Virus record (IMG/VR): IMGVR_UViG_3300025736_000022
Direction: 5' to 3' (one strand)
Length of the DNA: 64,000 nucleotides
From: an uncultured virus (IMG/VR IMGVR_UViG_3300025736_000022)
Taxonomy: Duplodnaviria > Heunggongvirae > Uroviricota > Caudoviricetes
In this document: piece by piece, positions 9,493-19,445 of the stretch
How the letters are laid out: each line of letters begins with the position of its first letter
Numbering within the stretch: position 1 is the first letter of the stretch
Translations under genes and position numbers: made by a program
The notes under the pieces: generated by a model
The model's database searches: none
Told to the model about the DNA's origin: nothing
Seen by the model: the letters and a program-made list of their open reading frames with translations, nothing else

Positions 9493-9900
9493 TTACTTTA
9501 CAAGTCCGTCCAGATAGTTTTCCAACGATACGATCTTGCTCACCCTAACAAGGATGTGCTTGTCTTTCCTCACCGCAAACCGTTTTGTCTGCGTATTATA
9601 CAACACCTCAACGCCGACCGCCTGCGCTTGCGGATAGTCCTCTGTTAAATTGAGCACTTTGGAACTGGAGGGGCGAAAGCCGAACATCGCCCCTCCGTTC
9701 CGTTCGGTGGAAGTGACTACTGGAATCACAGGACGGGGTACGTTGACGTCCGGAGCCACCAACTCAAACTTGTTACGGACAAGCTTGCACAGATCAACCG
9801 CACTTTCAATCGTATCCCCAGGATGATAAGTCGTATCGCCCACAATATGAATGCCAACCTTATTACCCTGCTCATCCTGCATCTTCAATCGAAACAACAT
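9493..9900 (-). CDS. Hypothetical protein after the capsid gene
   Basis: ATG at 9900 follows TTTGGAAAGG. Confidence 0.55.
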   Translation of the reverse strand: MLFRLKMQDEQGNKVGIHIVGDTTYHPGDTIESAVDLCKLVRNKFELVAPDVNVPRPVIPVVTSTERNGGAMFGFRPSSSKVLNLTEDYPQAQAVGVEVLYNTQTKRFAVRKDKHILVRVSKIVSLENYLDGLVK

Positions 9901-9953
9901 GTTATTCGCCTTTCCAAACGAGATTATCAACTTTCACTAAAACACAACTAGAA

Positions 9954-11048
9954 CTACGTCGCGACAGTCAGATGGCACACACCGCAGTTCCCGTCGTAGT
10001 CGCTGCGAATCTGTGGCACACGAATTCCCAGGATACGCCAGTTAAGCAAATTACCACCTTGCTCTTCCCACTGAACCGTAGTCCAATCCATGCCGATGAT
10101 TTCACGCACGGTTTCCGTTTCCATCTGGACGAGCAGAATGTCCCAACCTGTCAGATAGTCAAGGCTGCGAATATCCTGAATTTCGCCGTGTTTCAGAATA
10201 CGCTCACGTGTGGTGATTGTGGTCGTCTGTCCGGCAGTCGTGGACAGATAATCGTTTTCCAAATACCGCGACCAAGCCGGAGCCAGGTACATCATGTAAG
10301 GGCCATACTTCTTAACCGCGATCAATGCCTGGATAGCCGTAAGAAGTTCACCCAACAGTGTTGATCCAACCCAAGCATCAGCAGTCGGAATAGTAATGGT
10401 GCCTGTAACACGCGAGGTGAAATCGGTATAACCCCAAATCTTGGCATTGGCGATGTACTGATACTGATCATACTCGCTGTTACCGATAAGCATCTTCTCA
10501 GCTAGTTCGGCACAAGCAAACGCCTGATCCTCTGCCGAAGCCAAATCCAACGGCAATCCACCTCGACGACTAACGGCCAGTTCACGCGCTCCAAAACCCC
10601 AATCAGCCCAAATACAAGGCAGGGGAATCAGAACCGTATCGTTCACGTGCCGATCCTTGGGACCTGTTTGCATCGGGTCCATTCCAAGGTTTGCAGTCCC
10701 AACACGACTGGCCCGCTGGGTCATAAGTGCCTGTACGGCGAAACCATTGGGAATGTTGCGGACGAGACCGGCCTCTTCCACATCAGCCACAGCCTTCAGA
10801 CGCTTACGCATAGCACGCGTAACAGTCTGATCGATTTCCAGCCACACCTCATGCGGCAACGTTGCTGTATTGTGGGGCACCCGATGCGTTTCCCGTTCGC
10901 CTTTGCTTTTATTCCACAATTCTACGTAACACTTACCATCATGCTGAAACGGACGCAGAATACCGGGATCGCCCTCAGCATCCATAAGCTTCAGGAGACT
11001 GGGACCGTCCAATCCGCCAATCTGTGCATTCAAAGTTCGACGCTCCAT
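9954..11048 (-). CDS. Major capsid protein (HK97 fold, Linocin M18/encapsulin-like)
   Basis: W.EID.TV....R.RL..V.D, PLP.I..D....RELA.SRR.G.PLD and VPQIRSDYDGNCGV motifs. Follows the protease and decoration genes. Confidence 0.88.
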   Translation of the reverse strand: MERRTLNAQIGGLDGPSLLKLMDAEGDPGILRPFQHDGKCYVELWNKSKGERETHRVPHNTATLPHEVWLEIDQTVTRAMRKRLKAVADVEEAGLVRNIPNGFAVQALMTQRASRVGTANLGMDPMQTGPKDRHVNDTVLIPLPCIWADWGFGARELAVSRRGGLPLDLASAEDQAFACAELAEKMLIGNSEYDQYQYIANAKIWGYTDFTSRVTGTITIPTADAWVGSTLLGELLTAIQALIAVKKYGPYMMYLAPAWSRYLENDYLSTTAGQTTTITTRERILKHGEIQDIRSLDYLTGWDILLVQMETETVREIIGMDWTTVQWEEQGGNLLNWRILGIRVPQIRSDYDGNCGVCHLTVAT

Positions 11049-11115
11049 TTTACTTCCTTTCATTCAATGTAATCTGTTGTGTTTTGTTTTGATACGATCA
11101 ATCCCTGACTAATCG

Positions 11116-11568
11116 TTACACAGCTACCATGCGCACAAGCACGCTGTCTGCCCCACTACCGATTTCCTCATCCTCCAGCGCTTGGGCTACTGTATCGCCC
11201 TTATCACCACTGTCGGAATTGCTGATGAACAGCCCGGAATCATTTCGCGTAAGCATTTCGCCGTGCGTGATATCCTGTCCAGCAGGGACGAGGCCGTGAA
11301 ACTCTTCGCCAGCCCGGAATTGTATTGCACGCACTGGATAGGCGAGAACGTAAACATCGCTCACTGTTTTACCTTGCAAGGCATCCTCAATCGCAACGAC
11401 CAAAGGACCATCACCACCCTCGGTGTCAAAGATGGCGTACTCGTCATCACTGTCGATTTTCAATGCCATGCCGGGATAAATCCCAGCCTCTGCGGCATCC
11501 CGCTCGTGGTAGACCACACCACCAAAGTTTTTGACGGCAATCATCTGCTTACTAAGTGCCATTGTCAT
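11116..11568 (-). CDS. Head decoration/cement protein
   Basis: IYPGMAL...AIEDALQGKT..D.Y...G..L...G pattern, between the scaffold and capsid genes. Confidence 0.7.
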   Translation of the reverse strand: MTMALSKQMIAVKNFGGVVYHERDAAEAGIYPGMALKIDSDDEYAIFDTEGGDGPLVVAIEDALQGKTVSDVYVLAYPVRAIQFRAGEEFHGLVPAGQDITHGEMLTRNDSGLFISNSDSGDKGDTVAQALEDEEIGSGADSVLVRMVAV

Positions 11569-11621
11569 ATCTCCTATTTACGTGTGTTGTTGTTTTTTTG
11601 TTATTGCCCCAACCAATAATG

Positions 11622-13085
11622 CTAAGCTGTCTTTTCCGCTTTCTTCTGGTCGAACGTCACAGGCAAACCCAACTTCGGCACGTTCGATGTATCGCCGTTG
11701 GCTACGGGATCACCCTGCCCTTCATAGTTGAAACGCAGTACATTTGGCACGTTGTCTTGGGTATCCGTGATTTCGTCTTTGGCCAGAACGGCAAGATTTT
11801 GTAGCATCTCAACATCCTGCGTCTTGAGCCATTCCGGAGTAAACTTACTCTTTTCGTTCTTGGTGATGATATCAATGAGCCGATCCTTCTCGGCCTCCTC
11901 GTTATGAACGAGTGTTTCCCAGCGCTTGCGAAATGCCGGGGGCATAGAGTTTAGATACTCCTCATCCGTTTGCGGTTCGACTTTCGGCGTCTCCTTATTT
12001 TCCACCTTATCGTCAATCACGTCGGGCTTGGCTTCGGGCTTAGCTTTGGGCTTGGTCTCTTTCTCCTCGTTTTTCACAGGCTCCAATTTCTCCAGCTGCT
12101 CATCCTTCAACCCATTAAGAAACTCACGGTCATCTTCCTCCCACTGGGTTGCTTTATTGGCGATGAGACTATTAATCGCTTTTGTGCGATCCATTGTACT
12201 CCCTTTCAAATTAGCAACTTCATTTTTGTTGTGTACGTTTACATTCGCTACGGGATAACTTATTTTTCGGACCACCTCCTCCGGCAACCCTTCTAATGTG
12301 ATAACATCACCATCGGCCTTGAAATCACGCTTGAACAATTTGTTGCCATTATCTGTGGAATAGATAAAGTACGTATCAAAAACATCTTCCACCCAATTGT
12401 ATTCACCATCCTTATAGATGGCTTCGTTCAAAGCAGTCCGCAACTCGTTAGACGACTGTTCGTTTTCAAATCGTTTTAACCAAGCTGGGGAAATATGTAT
12501 TTTCTCATTGGCTTGGTTACGATATAACCCAGCACCATCCTCAACAGAACACGCACCAATTTGATCCGGCAGAATAGCTAGATGATCAGGGCCGATATTA
12601 GATAGTGTGCCCTGATACTCTTCATCATTCCACACACCTGGAGTCTCGTCACTATCAGCAAACAACCCGGTAGACACCTCCAATATTTCTTTCTTTGTGA
12701 TAGCATCCGAAATACGATTATCAATCAATTCCACCCGGTCCTTATCCAACCAAGCTTCAGCAGACAGTTTGCCTTTTACGCATTTGGTGTTCATGATAGT
12801 ACCGATACCACGCGTATTGAGAACCAAAGGGGAGCAGGCACTAGGCTCACTGGGATGATAAACCACAATGGGTTTAGAATTCCACATCATGGGGCGCTTC
12901 TTGAGTTCTTTGGCAGGATAGAAATATGCCCCTTCGCTTCCGTTGTGTACCCCCTCCAGTAGCATAACCATAGGCACAACCAGATATTCTTTACCCTGTA
13001 AGTTATCTAGCCTCATGTCCTTTGGTTTGAGATTGCAGACAACGCGATGAAACGTTTTGCCCATCGTTGCTGAATTTTTGAGCAT
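11622..13085 (-). CDS. Capsid maturation protease/scaffold (DUF2213-like)
   Basis: EGVHNG...P....WN.KP....HP...EVSTG...DHLAILPD..GACS..DGAG N-terminal domain plus a charged scaffold tail. ATG at 13085 follows AGGAG. Confidence 0.82.
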   Translation of the reverse strand: MLKNSATMGKTFHRVVCNLKPKDMRLDNLQGKEYLVVPMVMLLEGVHNGSEGAYFYPAKELKKRPMMWNSKPIVVYHPSEPSACSPLVLNTRGIGTIMNTKCVKGKLSAEAWLDKDRVELIDNRISDAITKKEILEVSTGLFADSDETPGVWNDEEYQGTLSNIGPDHLAILPDQIGACSVEDGAGLYRNQANEKIHISPAWLKRFENEQSSNELRTALNEAIYKDGEYNWVEDVFDTYFIYSTDNGNKLFKRDFKADGDVITLEGLPEEVVRKISYPVANVNVHNKNEVANLKGSTMDRTKAINSLIANKATQWEEDDREFLNGLKDEQLEKLEPVKNEEKETKPKAKPEAKPDVIDDKVENKETPKVEPQTDEEYLNSMPPAFRKRWETLVHNEEAEKDRLIDIITKNEKSKFTPEWLKTQDVEMLQNLAVLAKDEITDTQDNVPNVLRFNYEGQGDPVANGDTSNVPKLGLPVTFDQKKAEKTA

Positions 13086-13456
13086 CGTATCATCTCCTAT
13101 ATAAATCAATCCCAATCGTACCAAGCGTCAGCTTAAAATTTACCGCCTGTTGCATCCCAAATCTATAAATTTCGCATGGCCCTTACGCGCGTACATATTA
13201 AAGCGCTGAGAAATACCAAAATCTTACGTATAAGGGCGTGAAATCGTTAGGGGGTATTATGGGGTAGGAGGAAAGGAGTTAGGCTGTTACGTGGGATGCT
13301 AGGGGCTTATATATTATGCGTAATAGGGCTGAAACGTAAAAAATCTTAACTATCTAGCTTAAAGCTAAAGTCCATGTACCAAATAACCGATATATGGAAC
13401 GTATTAGAAGATTCGTATCTCCTAGACATCAACCAACGTCTAATCAGGAAACTTGA

Positions 13457-13855
13457 ATGATGATTACATTAGCCTTCTGTATTTTATCCCTGAATCCCAC
13501 AATCTCTAAATCCCAACAAAGAGATTTAGTCCGAACAATTACCGCAATTTGTATGGAAGAATCTTCTGGCGGTCGCGACAAACGAGACGGAGACGACGGC
13601 CGCGCGGTAGGACCCTTACAAATCCACGTGATTGTAATAACCGACGTTAATCGTAAATATGGTACTACCTATACGCCAGCCGACCGTCGTGATTTGAAAG
13701 CATCCGTAGAAATCTGCGTACGATATCTATTGATGTGGGCACCCAACGGCACACCAGAACGTTGGGCTCGAATATGGAATGGAGGACCAAGGGGGGATAA
13801 GAAAGATTCAACACGAGCCTATTGGGGTCGAGTCCGTAAATACCTATTGCCGTAG
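13457..13855 (+). CDS. Lytic transglycosylase/lysozyme-like muralytic enzyme with hydrophobic N-terminus
   Basis: AICMEESSGG (catalytic Glu), GDDGRAVGPLQIH and RIWNGGP motifs. Confidence 0.75.
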   Translation: MMITLAFCILSLNPTISKSQQRDLVRTITAICMEESSGGRDKRDGDDGRAVGPLQIHVIVITDVNRKYGTTYTPADRRDLKASVEICVRYLLMWAPNGTPERWARIWNGGPRGDKKDSTRAYWGRVRKYLLP

Positions 13856-14365
13856 ATCATACACTCCCAACAGAATACAACAACGGACACGGGCTGATTT
13901 ATACATAAAAGTAAGCAACCCAGTAGCCAACGACCCAACATTGCCTTCTAGCATATATGGAAATTTGCGAACGGTGGCACACAAATTCCCTCTATTTAGA
14001 GGCATTAATAACTTGTCCGCAAGATCCGCCCAGCTTCCATTCGCACCAGTTGGAATAGAACAGGGAAGATACACATCCACATTATCCTTATGACATTTCT
14101 TACATTTCGTAACTGTAGAAATGTTTGCACCCACAACATCAACATCCACATCAATCTGGTGTGCCCAAGGATTGTATTCTACAGAACTAATCTTAGCTGG
14201 CACAGGCTCCAATACCCGTGTTATTTTTCTTCGCAGCTCAACATCACTAAGGTCTGCGTATTTCTGGATATTCTTTCGTTGCCGGTTTTCGGCACAAACC
14301 TCATTAGCATAGTCAATCGTATGTTGGGGTGTGTTGCCCCAAAAGGCTATCTCTTGCTCATTCAT
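13844..14365 (-). CDS. Hypothetical protein
   Basis: 173-aa ORF coupled to the upstream gene. Confidence 0.5.
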   Translation of the reverse strand: MNEQEIAFWGNTPQHTIDYANEVCAENRQRKNIQKYADLSDVELRRKITRVLEPVPAKISSVEYNPWAHQIDVDVDVVGANISTVTKCKKCHKDNVDVYLPCSIPTGANGSWADLADKLLMPLNRGNLCATVRKFPYMLEGNVGSLATGLLTFMYKSARVRCCILLGVYDLRQ

Positions 14366-14547
14366 TTCTCATTTCCTTTTTTCTCGTCCAACTTATACAA
14401 AATAACTGCCGCCACAAAACAAATATGACTCGTGGTATTCATATCGCGTTGCCGGGATGCATCTATTGGACCGAAACAGGCACGTGTGGCAGTAACGATA
14501 AGAACAATGACTCCTATCCAAAACCATGTTTTCCAATGCGATATCAT
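14362..14547 (-). CDS. Small membrane protein
   Basis: Two hydrophobic segments, with a GGAG RBS. Confidence 0.45.
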   Translation of the reverse strand: MISHWKTWFWIGVIVLIVTATRACFGPIDASRQRDMNTTSHICFVAAVILYKLDEKKGNEK

Positions 14548-14696
14548 TCCAATCTCCTACAAATAAATCTGTGCCAATCGAATGAGAACCAAAATGAGCA
14601 TCAAACCAAAACAAACCAACACCGCGTAAAAAGCTTGTTGTTGTTTCTTAGTTTGCCAAATTGGATCGCTCATCGATCTAACCTTTCTCTGCAAAC

Positions 14697-14855
14697 TCAC
14701 CGTAAATCATGCCCACACAAACTACAATAATCCTTCTTGTACTGTACAAACTCACACTGGGGACACGTAACTTTTTCCGTTTCTTTTGGAGGCTCGACGT
14801 TGATCAGCTTAAAACATCTACGGTCTTTAGCTTTTTGTTTTGATATTTTACTCAT
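14697..14855 (-). CDS. Small zinc-ribbon protein (52 aa)
   Basis: Read manually: MSKISKQKAKDRRC...CPQC...CSLCGHDLR, with two CxxC pairs. Confidence 0.55.
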   Translation of the reverse strand: MSKISKQKAKDRRCFKLINVEPPKETEKVTCPQCEFVQYKKDYCSLCGHDLR

Positions 14856-14856
14856 G

Positions 14857-15318
14857 TCATACTCCAATCAATCCCAATACCAACAAACAGACGATGATTT
14901 GCTGGATGGGAGTGGCTTCCCACCCAAACCATACCCACACAGAACCCTTAATTCTCAACGCGTCTTGAATGGACGCTATGTGATCGAGAAAATCCTTAAC
15001 GGATGATTTCTGCTTCCATGCCCGCCCTTTCAATCTGACCGCCACCACCTCGGCTGGGTCCTTGATCGGCGGTGGGACGGGGCAGGGCTCGTCAGATCCA
15101 AATAATTCGTAGCCTCCTTTCTTGCATTTTCTGCAATAACCTCCCACTGCCGCCCCGACACTGCCTATACCTCCCGCTCGCAGGTCATGCTCCCACGGTC
15201 CCTTCTCACCCAATCCCTTCCAAATAGCTTCTCGGAAGGCATCCATCTTTAACAATTCATCCCACGACAATGGAAGTAAATCTTTTGCACTCAACATATC
15301 ATACCTCATTTTACTCAT
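14857..15318 (-). CDS. Hypothetical protein
   Basis: 153-aa ORF overlapping the NUDIX stop (ATGA). Confidence 0.55.
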   Translation of the reverse strand: MSKMRYDMLSAKDLLPLSWDELLKMDAFREAIWKGLGEKGPWEHDLRAGGIGSVGAAVGGYCRKCKKGGYELFGSDEPCPVPPPIKDPAEVVAVRLKGRAWKQKSSVKDFLDHIASIQDALRIKGSVWVWFGWEATPIQQIIVCLLVLGLIGV

Positions 15319-15977
15319 GGTCTGATTTCACAACGAAATGTGCCCACTTCATTTTCCACCGCCAGCGATATCCTATGCACCCAACACAATTGACTCCAAA
15401 ACTCTGCCCGGCCAAGCGGCGCGTCGGACTCCGTATTAAGAATAGATAAGTTGCAAATCTCCGCAGCAGAATTTATCTGCATGTCATTCAAATCACTTAC
15501 GCACAGCCAGTACACCAAACCGAAATGACGTTCGCCCACCTCATTTGAATCGTCATTGATTACACCCACAATATTCTGCGTGTACTTGCTTGGCAATACA
15601 AGTTCTTCATGCAATTCACGATACACGCAGGCATTCAATAAATCCGCCAAAAATTGTGGTTGATCTGTTGGATTTATATGTCCCCCAAAGCCTATGCTAA
15701 GCTTTGCTTTCAACCTATCATCACACTGCTTACCCCGAGTATAACTCAAAAACCTACTGCCGTCCGTAATGATAACATACGGAATGATTTGTTTAACTTT
15801 GGAATCCTGCTCGGCTTCAGACCGCAGCATAAACCGTATGTTGCAAAAATCGGATGCTAGGGGCTTTAATAAATTACGAACACCTTTGCAGCCCACTAAT
15901 AACCCAGAGGGATGTGCAATATGCTGACTCAAAGCTCTACGATCTACCACCAGCACTTGTTCATCATTGGACTTCAT
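15315..15977 (-). CDS. NUDIX-family phosphoesterase
   Basis: KQIIPYV...SIGFGGHINP...YRELHEEL...GVINDDSNEVG..HFG motifs. Confidence 0.8.
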   Translation of the reverse strand: MKSNDEQVLVVDRRALSQHIAHPSGLLVGCKGVRNLLKPLASDFCNIRFMLRSEAEQDSKVKQIIPYVIITDGSRFLSYTRGKQCDDRLKAKLSIGFGGHINPTDQPQFLADLLNACVYRELHEELVLPSKYTQNIVGVINDDSNEVGERHFGLVYWLCVSDLNDMQINSAAEICNLSILNTESDAPLGRAEFWSQLCWVHRISLAVENEVGTFRCEIRP

Positions 15978-16001
15978 ATCGCCTCCAGCATATTAAAAAG
16001 C

Positions 16002-16043
16002 AAAGGGTTGGGGTCGTGAGCCTACATGATCCCCCAACCCTTT
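16002..16043. terminator. Intrinsic terminator-like hairpin
   Basis: Inverted repeat AAAGGGTTGGGG...CCCCAACCCTTT with T-runs on both strands. Confidence 0.6.
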
Positions 16044-16333
16044 TACTCTCGCACATAACAAACTAAATTTTAAAAGGTATTTTTTAAGTAAGGGTGTGTA
16101 TGAAACTAACCATACGTGCTGGGCTTCTGGCGCGATTGTCGCACGATACCGCTTATTGTGCGACAGCGGACTTCCCCCATTGTTTGAACTATGATTGCTA
16201 TCGGAGATACAGATGCGGCAAGAAGGGAAATGACGAAAATGCGTTCACACCATCGTCGATCCCCAACCACAAACATTATGTATGTCCACCGAAACATCTG
16301 CTTTTTGTTCTCCCGCATAACTTGTTGGTGTTA

Positions 16334-16789
16334 CTATCCTAGAATAGGTGCCGATGGATGATAGATTCGTTTTGCCGCCAAATATGCCGCACGGGCTTCG
16401 CTTGGCGTGTTAAACATTCCAAGATATATTTCTACATTATCCACTTTGATCTTGACTCTAAATTTCCTTCCCGCTTTGTAGTATCCTTTGCCCCGATTGT
16501 TCTGCCGGTTCTCACTTGCCGTGACGATTCGGATATTAAACCTGCGATTGTCCAGTGTATCGTGATTGATATGATCCCCCTGTCGTTTGTCACCATGTTT
16601 CAGGCATAAGATGCGTCGGTGCATGCGTTCCGTAGTCCATTTGCCATTGGGCAGGCGAATGTTTCGTACGGCATAGAAGCTCTGCGTGTGCTTGTCCCAC
16701 TGGGCACGCCATTTGTATCTAGAAAGTTTCGCGTAGACTTTGTCATCGACAAGTGTGTATTGGCCTTGAGTGAGCTTGATCAGTTTCAT
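16334..16789 (-). CDS. HNH homing endonuclease with AP2-like domain
   Basis: LTQGQY.LVD...MHRRI...DHINHDTLDNRRFNIR...YLGMF.T..EA..AY. Confidence 0.88.
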   Translation of the reverse strand: MKLIKLTQGQYTLVDDKVYAKLSRYKWRAQWDKHTQSFYAVRNIRLPNGKWTTERMHRRILCLKHGDKRQGDHINHDTLDNRRFNIRIVTASENRQNNRGKGYYKAGRKFRVKIKVDNVEIYLGMFNTPSEARAAYLAAKRIYHPSAPILG

Positions 16790-16857
16790 TATGCGCTTCT
16801 TACTTTTTAATATGGATTGCCTTTTCAATCACTACATATAGTATCGCTGTCATCTTT

Positions 16858-17097
16858 TCAGTCGCCCGCATATCCCCGTGATACAGCCCACATTTCGGCT
16901 TCCACCAAATTCTGATACCTGCCACGCCGCATTACCACCGCAGAATAAGGTGCAACAAATGGTGTGTTCGGATCAATCAATATAACCGCTTTGCTTGCCT
17001 GTAGCACGATGGGATGCGAGACGTCTGCTGGTTTGCATCCACTGCCTATAATAACGCAGGACATCAGTGGTATTACTACGAGCCAAAGCCTTTGCAT
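16858..17097 (-). CDS. Lipoprotein, candidate o-spanin (Rz1-like)
   Basis: MQRLWLVVIPLMSCVIIGSGC signal/lipobox. Overlaps the 3' part of 16973..17233 in another frame. Confidence 0.45.
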   Translation of the reverse strand: MQRLWLVVIPLMSCVIIGSGCKPADVSHPIVLQASKAVILIDPNTPFVAPYSAVVMRRGRYQNLVEAEMWAVSRGYAGD

Positions 17098-17233
17098 GCA
17101 AATCCGACAAATCGTCACGTTGTCTGCGTAGCAACTCATATTTCGTTCTCCACTTTCTACGGGGTGATTGGTGCCGGACAAAGAGTTTGAATACCTTCCT
17201 AATCAACGATAGCAATATAGTTAGAAATTTCAT
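16973..17233 (-). CDS. Basic helical protein with hydrophobic N-terminus, candidate i-spanin
   Basis: MKFLTILLSLI followed by a helical region. Overlapped by a lipoprotein gene. Confidence 0.35.
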   Translation of the reverse strand: MKFLTILLSLIRKVFKLFVRHQSPRRKWRTKYELLRRQRDDLSDLHAKALARSNTTDVLRYYRQWMQTSRRLASHRATGKQSGYID

Positions 17234-17715
17234 TCTATTCTCTCCAATCTAAAATCGCTGAGTGTGTGGCCAGCCCAAGATCGCCAAAACCCTAAGTCCA
17301 TCCAACCGTGCGTCTGGGATGCAAGTCCCATCTCCGAATCACATAGACCGACAGGTAGATACAAAGGCTCACAACCACACAAACGCATATAACCAAACAG
17401 ACGGCCTTCATTAGCTTCACTCGGCGCATAGATTCTGTATATGATGTCCGACATATACGCACAATCCGCACACTCTGTCGCCAGTTTGTCTCCTATGTAT
17501 GAATCTTCACATCTAGGACAAGTATGCACATACTGACCTGGGGCCCAACCTTTCCGTTTTGGGCGCGTATCTTGTTTATATTCTTTGAATTTTTGATCTT
17601 GTGATTGGTTGGTATGCACACATGGTCTAAACCAATTACATGGACTGGATGGTGAAGGCGGAGGAGGTGGTTTCACATTCGACGGCGGTGGTGGATTAGG
17701 ACTTTTCCTACCCAT
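17230..17715 (-). CDS. Hypothetical protein (Pro-rich N-terminus, CxxC pairs)
   Basis: GWAPGQY...CPRC...GDK.A..CADCA motif. Confidence 0.55.
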   Translation of the reverse strand: MGRKSPNPPPPSNVKPPPPPSPSSPCNWFRPCVHTNQSQDQKFKEYKQDTRPKRKGWAPGQYVHTCPRCEDSYIGDKLATECADCAYMSDIIYRIYAPSEANEGRLFGYMRLCGCEPLYLPVGLCDSEMGLASQTHGWMDLGFWRSWAGHTLSDFRLERIE

Positions 17716-17951
17716 TATCTTGCTCCTAATTAGGTCTGTTGGGGTTCATCTTTCCCCTGCAACTTTACGTTTCCATGCGTCACATAAAAACGGATCTATT
17801 TCGACCAACCGAAATCGAAACGTAACTCCAAACATCAAACCAAGATCGGATAAATCTCCCAACGACATGTTGGGAAATCTTCTCACCAATGCAGCAAAAT
17901 CAACCTGTGCGTTGCTAGAAGATGTTGAAACTACAAATCGCATATCCGGTT

Positions 17952-18224
17952 TCATTTCAATTCCCTGGCTGGGCTTTCCACTGAAGTCTCTGTATCAGGT
18001 GTCTCTGGCTCCGGAGACGGCACAGGATGGCCTGATCGCTGGGCCATCACGTCTTGCACCAGCTGAGCTATAATCACCGCTATAGCCAAGCCAAAAATCA
18101 TCCATGGTGGTGCTTCCCCCTTACTCAGTATCCACATGCCAAACAACGCTGCGGCGAACTTCTTTTTCATGATGTTCTGTACAGATGATGAGATCGCACT
18201 GTCAAGCCTTGTCTCTGTCTGCAT
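17952..18224 (-). CDS. Two-TM membrane protein, holin-like
   Basis: KKKFAAALFGMWIL and WMIFGLAIAVIIAQLV hydrophobic segments. Confidence 0.45.
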   Translation of the reverse strand: MQTETRLDSAISSSVQNIMKKKFAAALFGMWILSKGEAPPWMIFGLAIAVIIAQLVQDVMAQRSGHPVPSPEPETPDTETSVESPARELK

Positions 18225-18423
18225 TTTATCCTCTTTCCCGTATGGTGACTGTTGCTTTTATTGGGGTACCACGACTGACGTATCGTGCTGCGCGTCTGGT
18301 CGGAAACGTGCGGGCATGGTTTATATTCCGTGTCCATCCATGATACTGATTCAAATATATGTTTTCCAAATGTCGTTTAACAAGCCACACGTTCATTTTA
18401 TTCTCCTTGATCGAAATTAAACC

Positions 18424-18482
18424 AAAAAGGGAGCGGCATCGTATCTTCAATAGACATAAATCAAAGCTGGTCTGCCGCTCCC
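18424..18482 (-). terminator. Terminator-like hairpin with long loop
   Basis: GGGAGCGGCA (18429-38) pairs with TGCCGCTCCC (18473-82), followed by TTTTT on the minus strand. Confidence 0.55.
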
Positions 18483-18502
18483 CCAAGCAGGAGGGTGATG
18501 AT

Positions 18503-19087
18503 TTATTGGGAAACGAGAACGTATCCTCGACGTCTCAACACATGCGTACCTTCACGCTTAGCCAACTCCATCAACGCTTTTTGCTTCAGGCGCATCCGCG
18601 CTGTAGATGTTTGCAACGTAAGTACTGGGGGCCTGTTCTCTGTATGCACCCGTACAATCCAAGTGCCCACACATGATTTCTGATCGGGATGGTCGTCTGT
18701 AACTATCAACGTTAGCGGGAATACTCCCGTTGTCGCACACTGATATACAATCGTATAGTCACCATGCTCATTCAACGGGATTGATTCACCACTATCGTAA
18801 TAATACAATGTAACTGTTTGTTGTGTGTTTGGGTCGCAAGCACGTCCCCGAATCACCAAATCCTGTCCAGCATAAGCATCACATACACCCAGATACAAAC
18901 GCCGACCAGATTCAGGATCAATGGGCACTAGGTTTGGATCGATGTTTGAGGGTATCTCCAAAAACACCTGCACACACGTCGTATCCTCATCAGCTTCATT
19001 TGCCTTGATTGGTGTTGTTACCGCTAAAATCCCAGGCAATACACCAACCACGAAAACAAACACGAATCCAATTAATCGATATTTCAT
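18503..19087 (-). CDS. Secreted protein with cadherin/PKD-like beta-sandwich
   Basis: Probable ATG at 19087 after AAAGGCGG, with signal peptide MKYRLIGFVFVFVVGVLPGILA. Contains A.DP...TLIVTD...V.V..ENRPPVL. Confidence 0.55.
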   Translation of the reverse strand: MKYRLIGFVFVFVVGVLPGILAVTTPIKANEADEDTTCVQVFLEIPSNIDPNLVPIDPESGRRLYLGVCDAYAGQDLVIRGRACDPNTQQTVTLYYYDSGESIPLNEHGDYTIVYQCATTGVFPLTLIVTDDHPDQKSCVGTWIVRVHTENRPPVLTLQTSTARMRLKQKALMELAKREGTHVLRRRGYVLVSQ

Positions 19088-19104
19088 ACGTACCGCCTTT
19101 CGTA

Positions 19105-19410
19105 AAAGGAAACCGGGAGAACTTATCTGGAGACAGGTGTGCGGAGGTTTATAAGCCTCCCAGTTCCTCGGAGGAGTCAAAAATGAGACTGGTTGCCTAG
19201 TTTCTGTACGCGAACCGATAACATCACATAGTGGGTGTTTCAAGCCAACCAAAGCAATATATCGAAATCCGGTTTTAGCAAGGTGCGGCAACCAGTCGCA
19301 TAGACTGAAATATTCACTTGTCAAATAGAGGTGCTGGCCTGTAAGACAACAATTAACGACCCAATCCATTTTAGCAAAATAATTATTGACGCCAGCACCT
19401 CTATTAACTT
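19105..19410 (-). ncRNA. Candidate structured ncRNA/leader with three long hairpins
   Basis: Perfect 15-bp IR 19324-38/19391-405, 11-bp IR 19187-97/19287-97 and an imperfect stem 19108-26/19151-67. Lies downstream of a CGATAATATAGG motif. Confidence 0.5.
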
Positions 19411-19445
19411 TTGCCTCCTTGATCGTCAAAACCTACATCCTTGTA

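Noticed and set aside
9954..11048. Encapsulin nanocompartment or bacteriocin call
   Set aside because: Its context between protease/decoration and neck genes identifies it as the phage major capsid protein.
13850..14710. 11-bp similarity ATGAT(C/T)TACGG at two gene ends
   Set aside because: Too short and mismatched to support as an insertion boundary on its own.
19088..19429. N-terminal 114-aa extension of ORF 18503..19429
   Set aside because: It has a TTG start and no protein motif, is densely base-paired, and the signal peptide begins at Met 19087.
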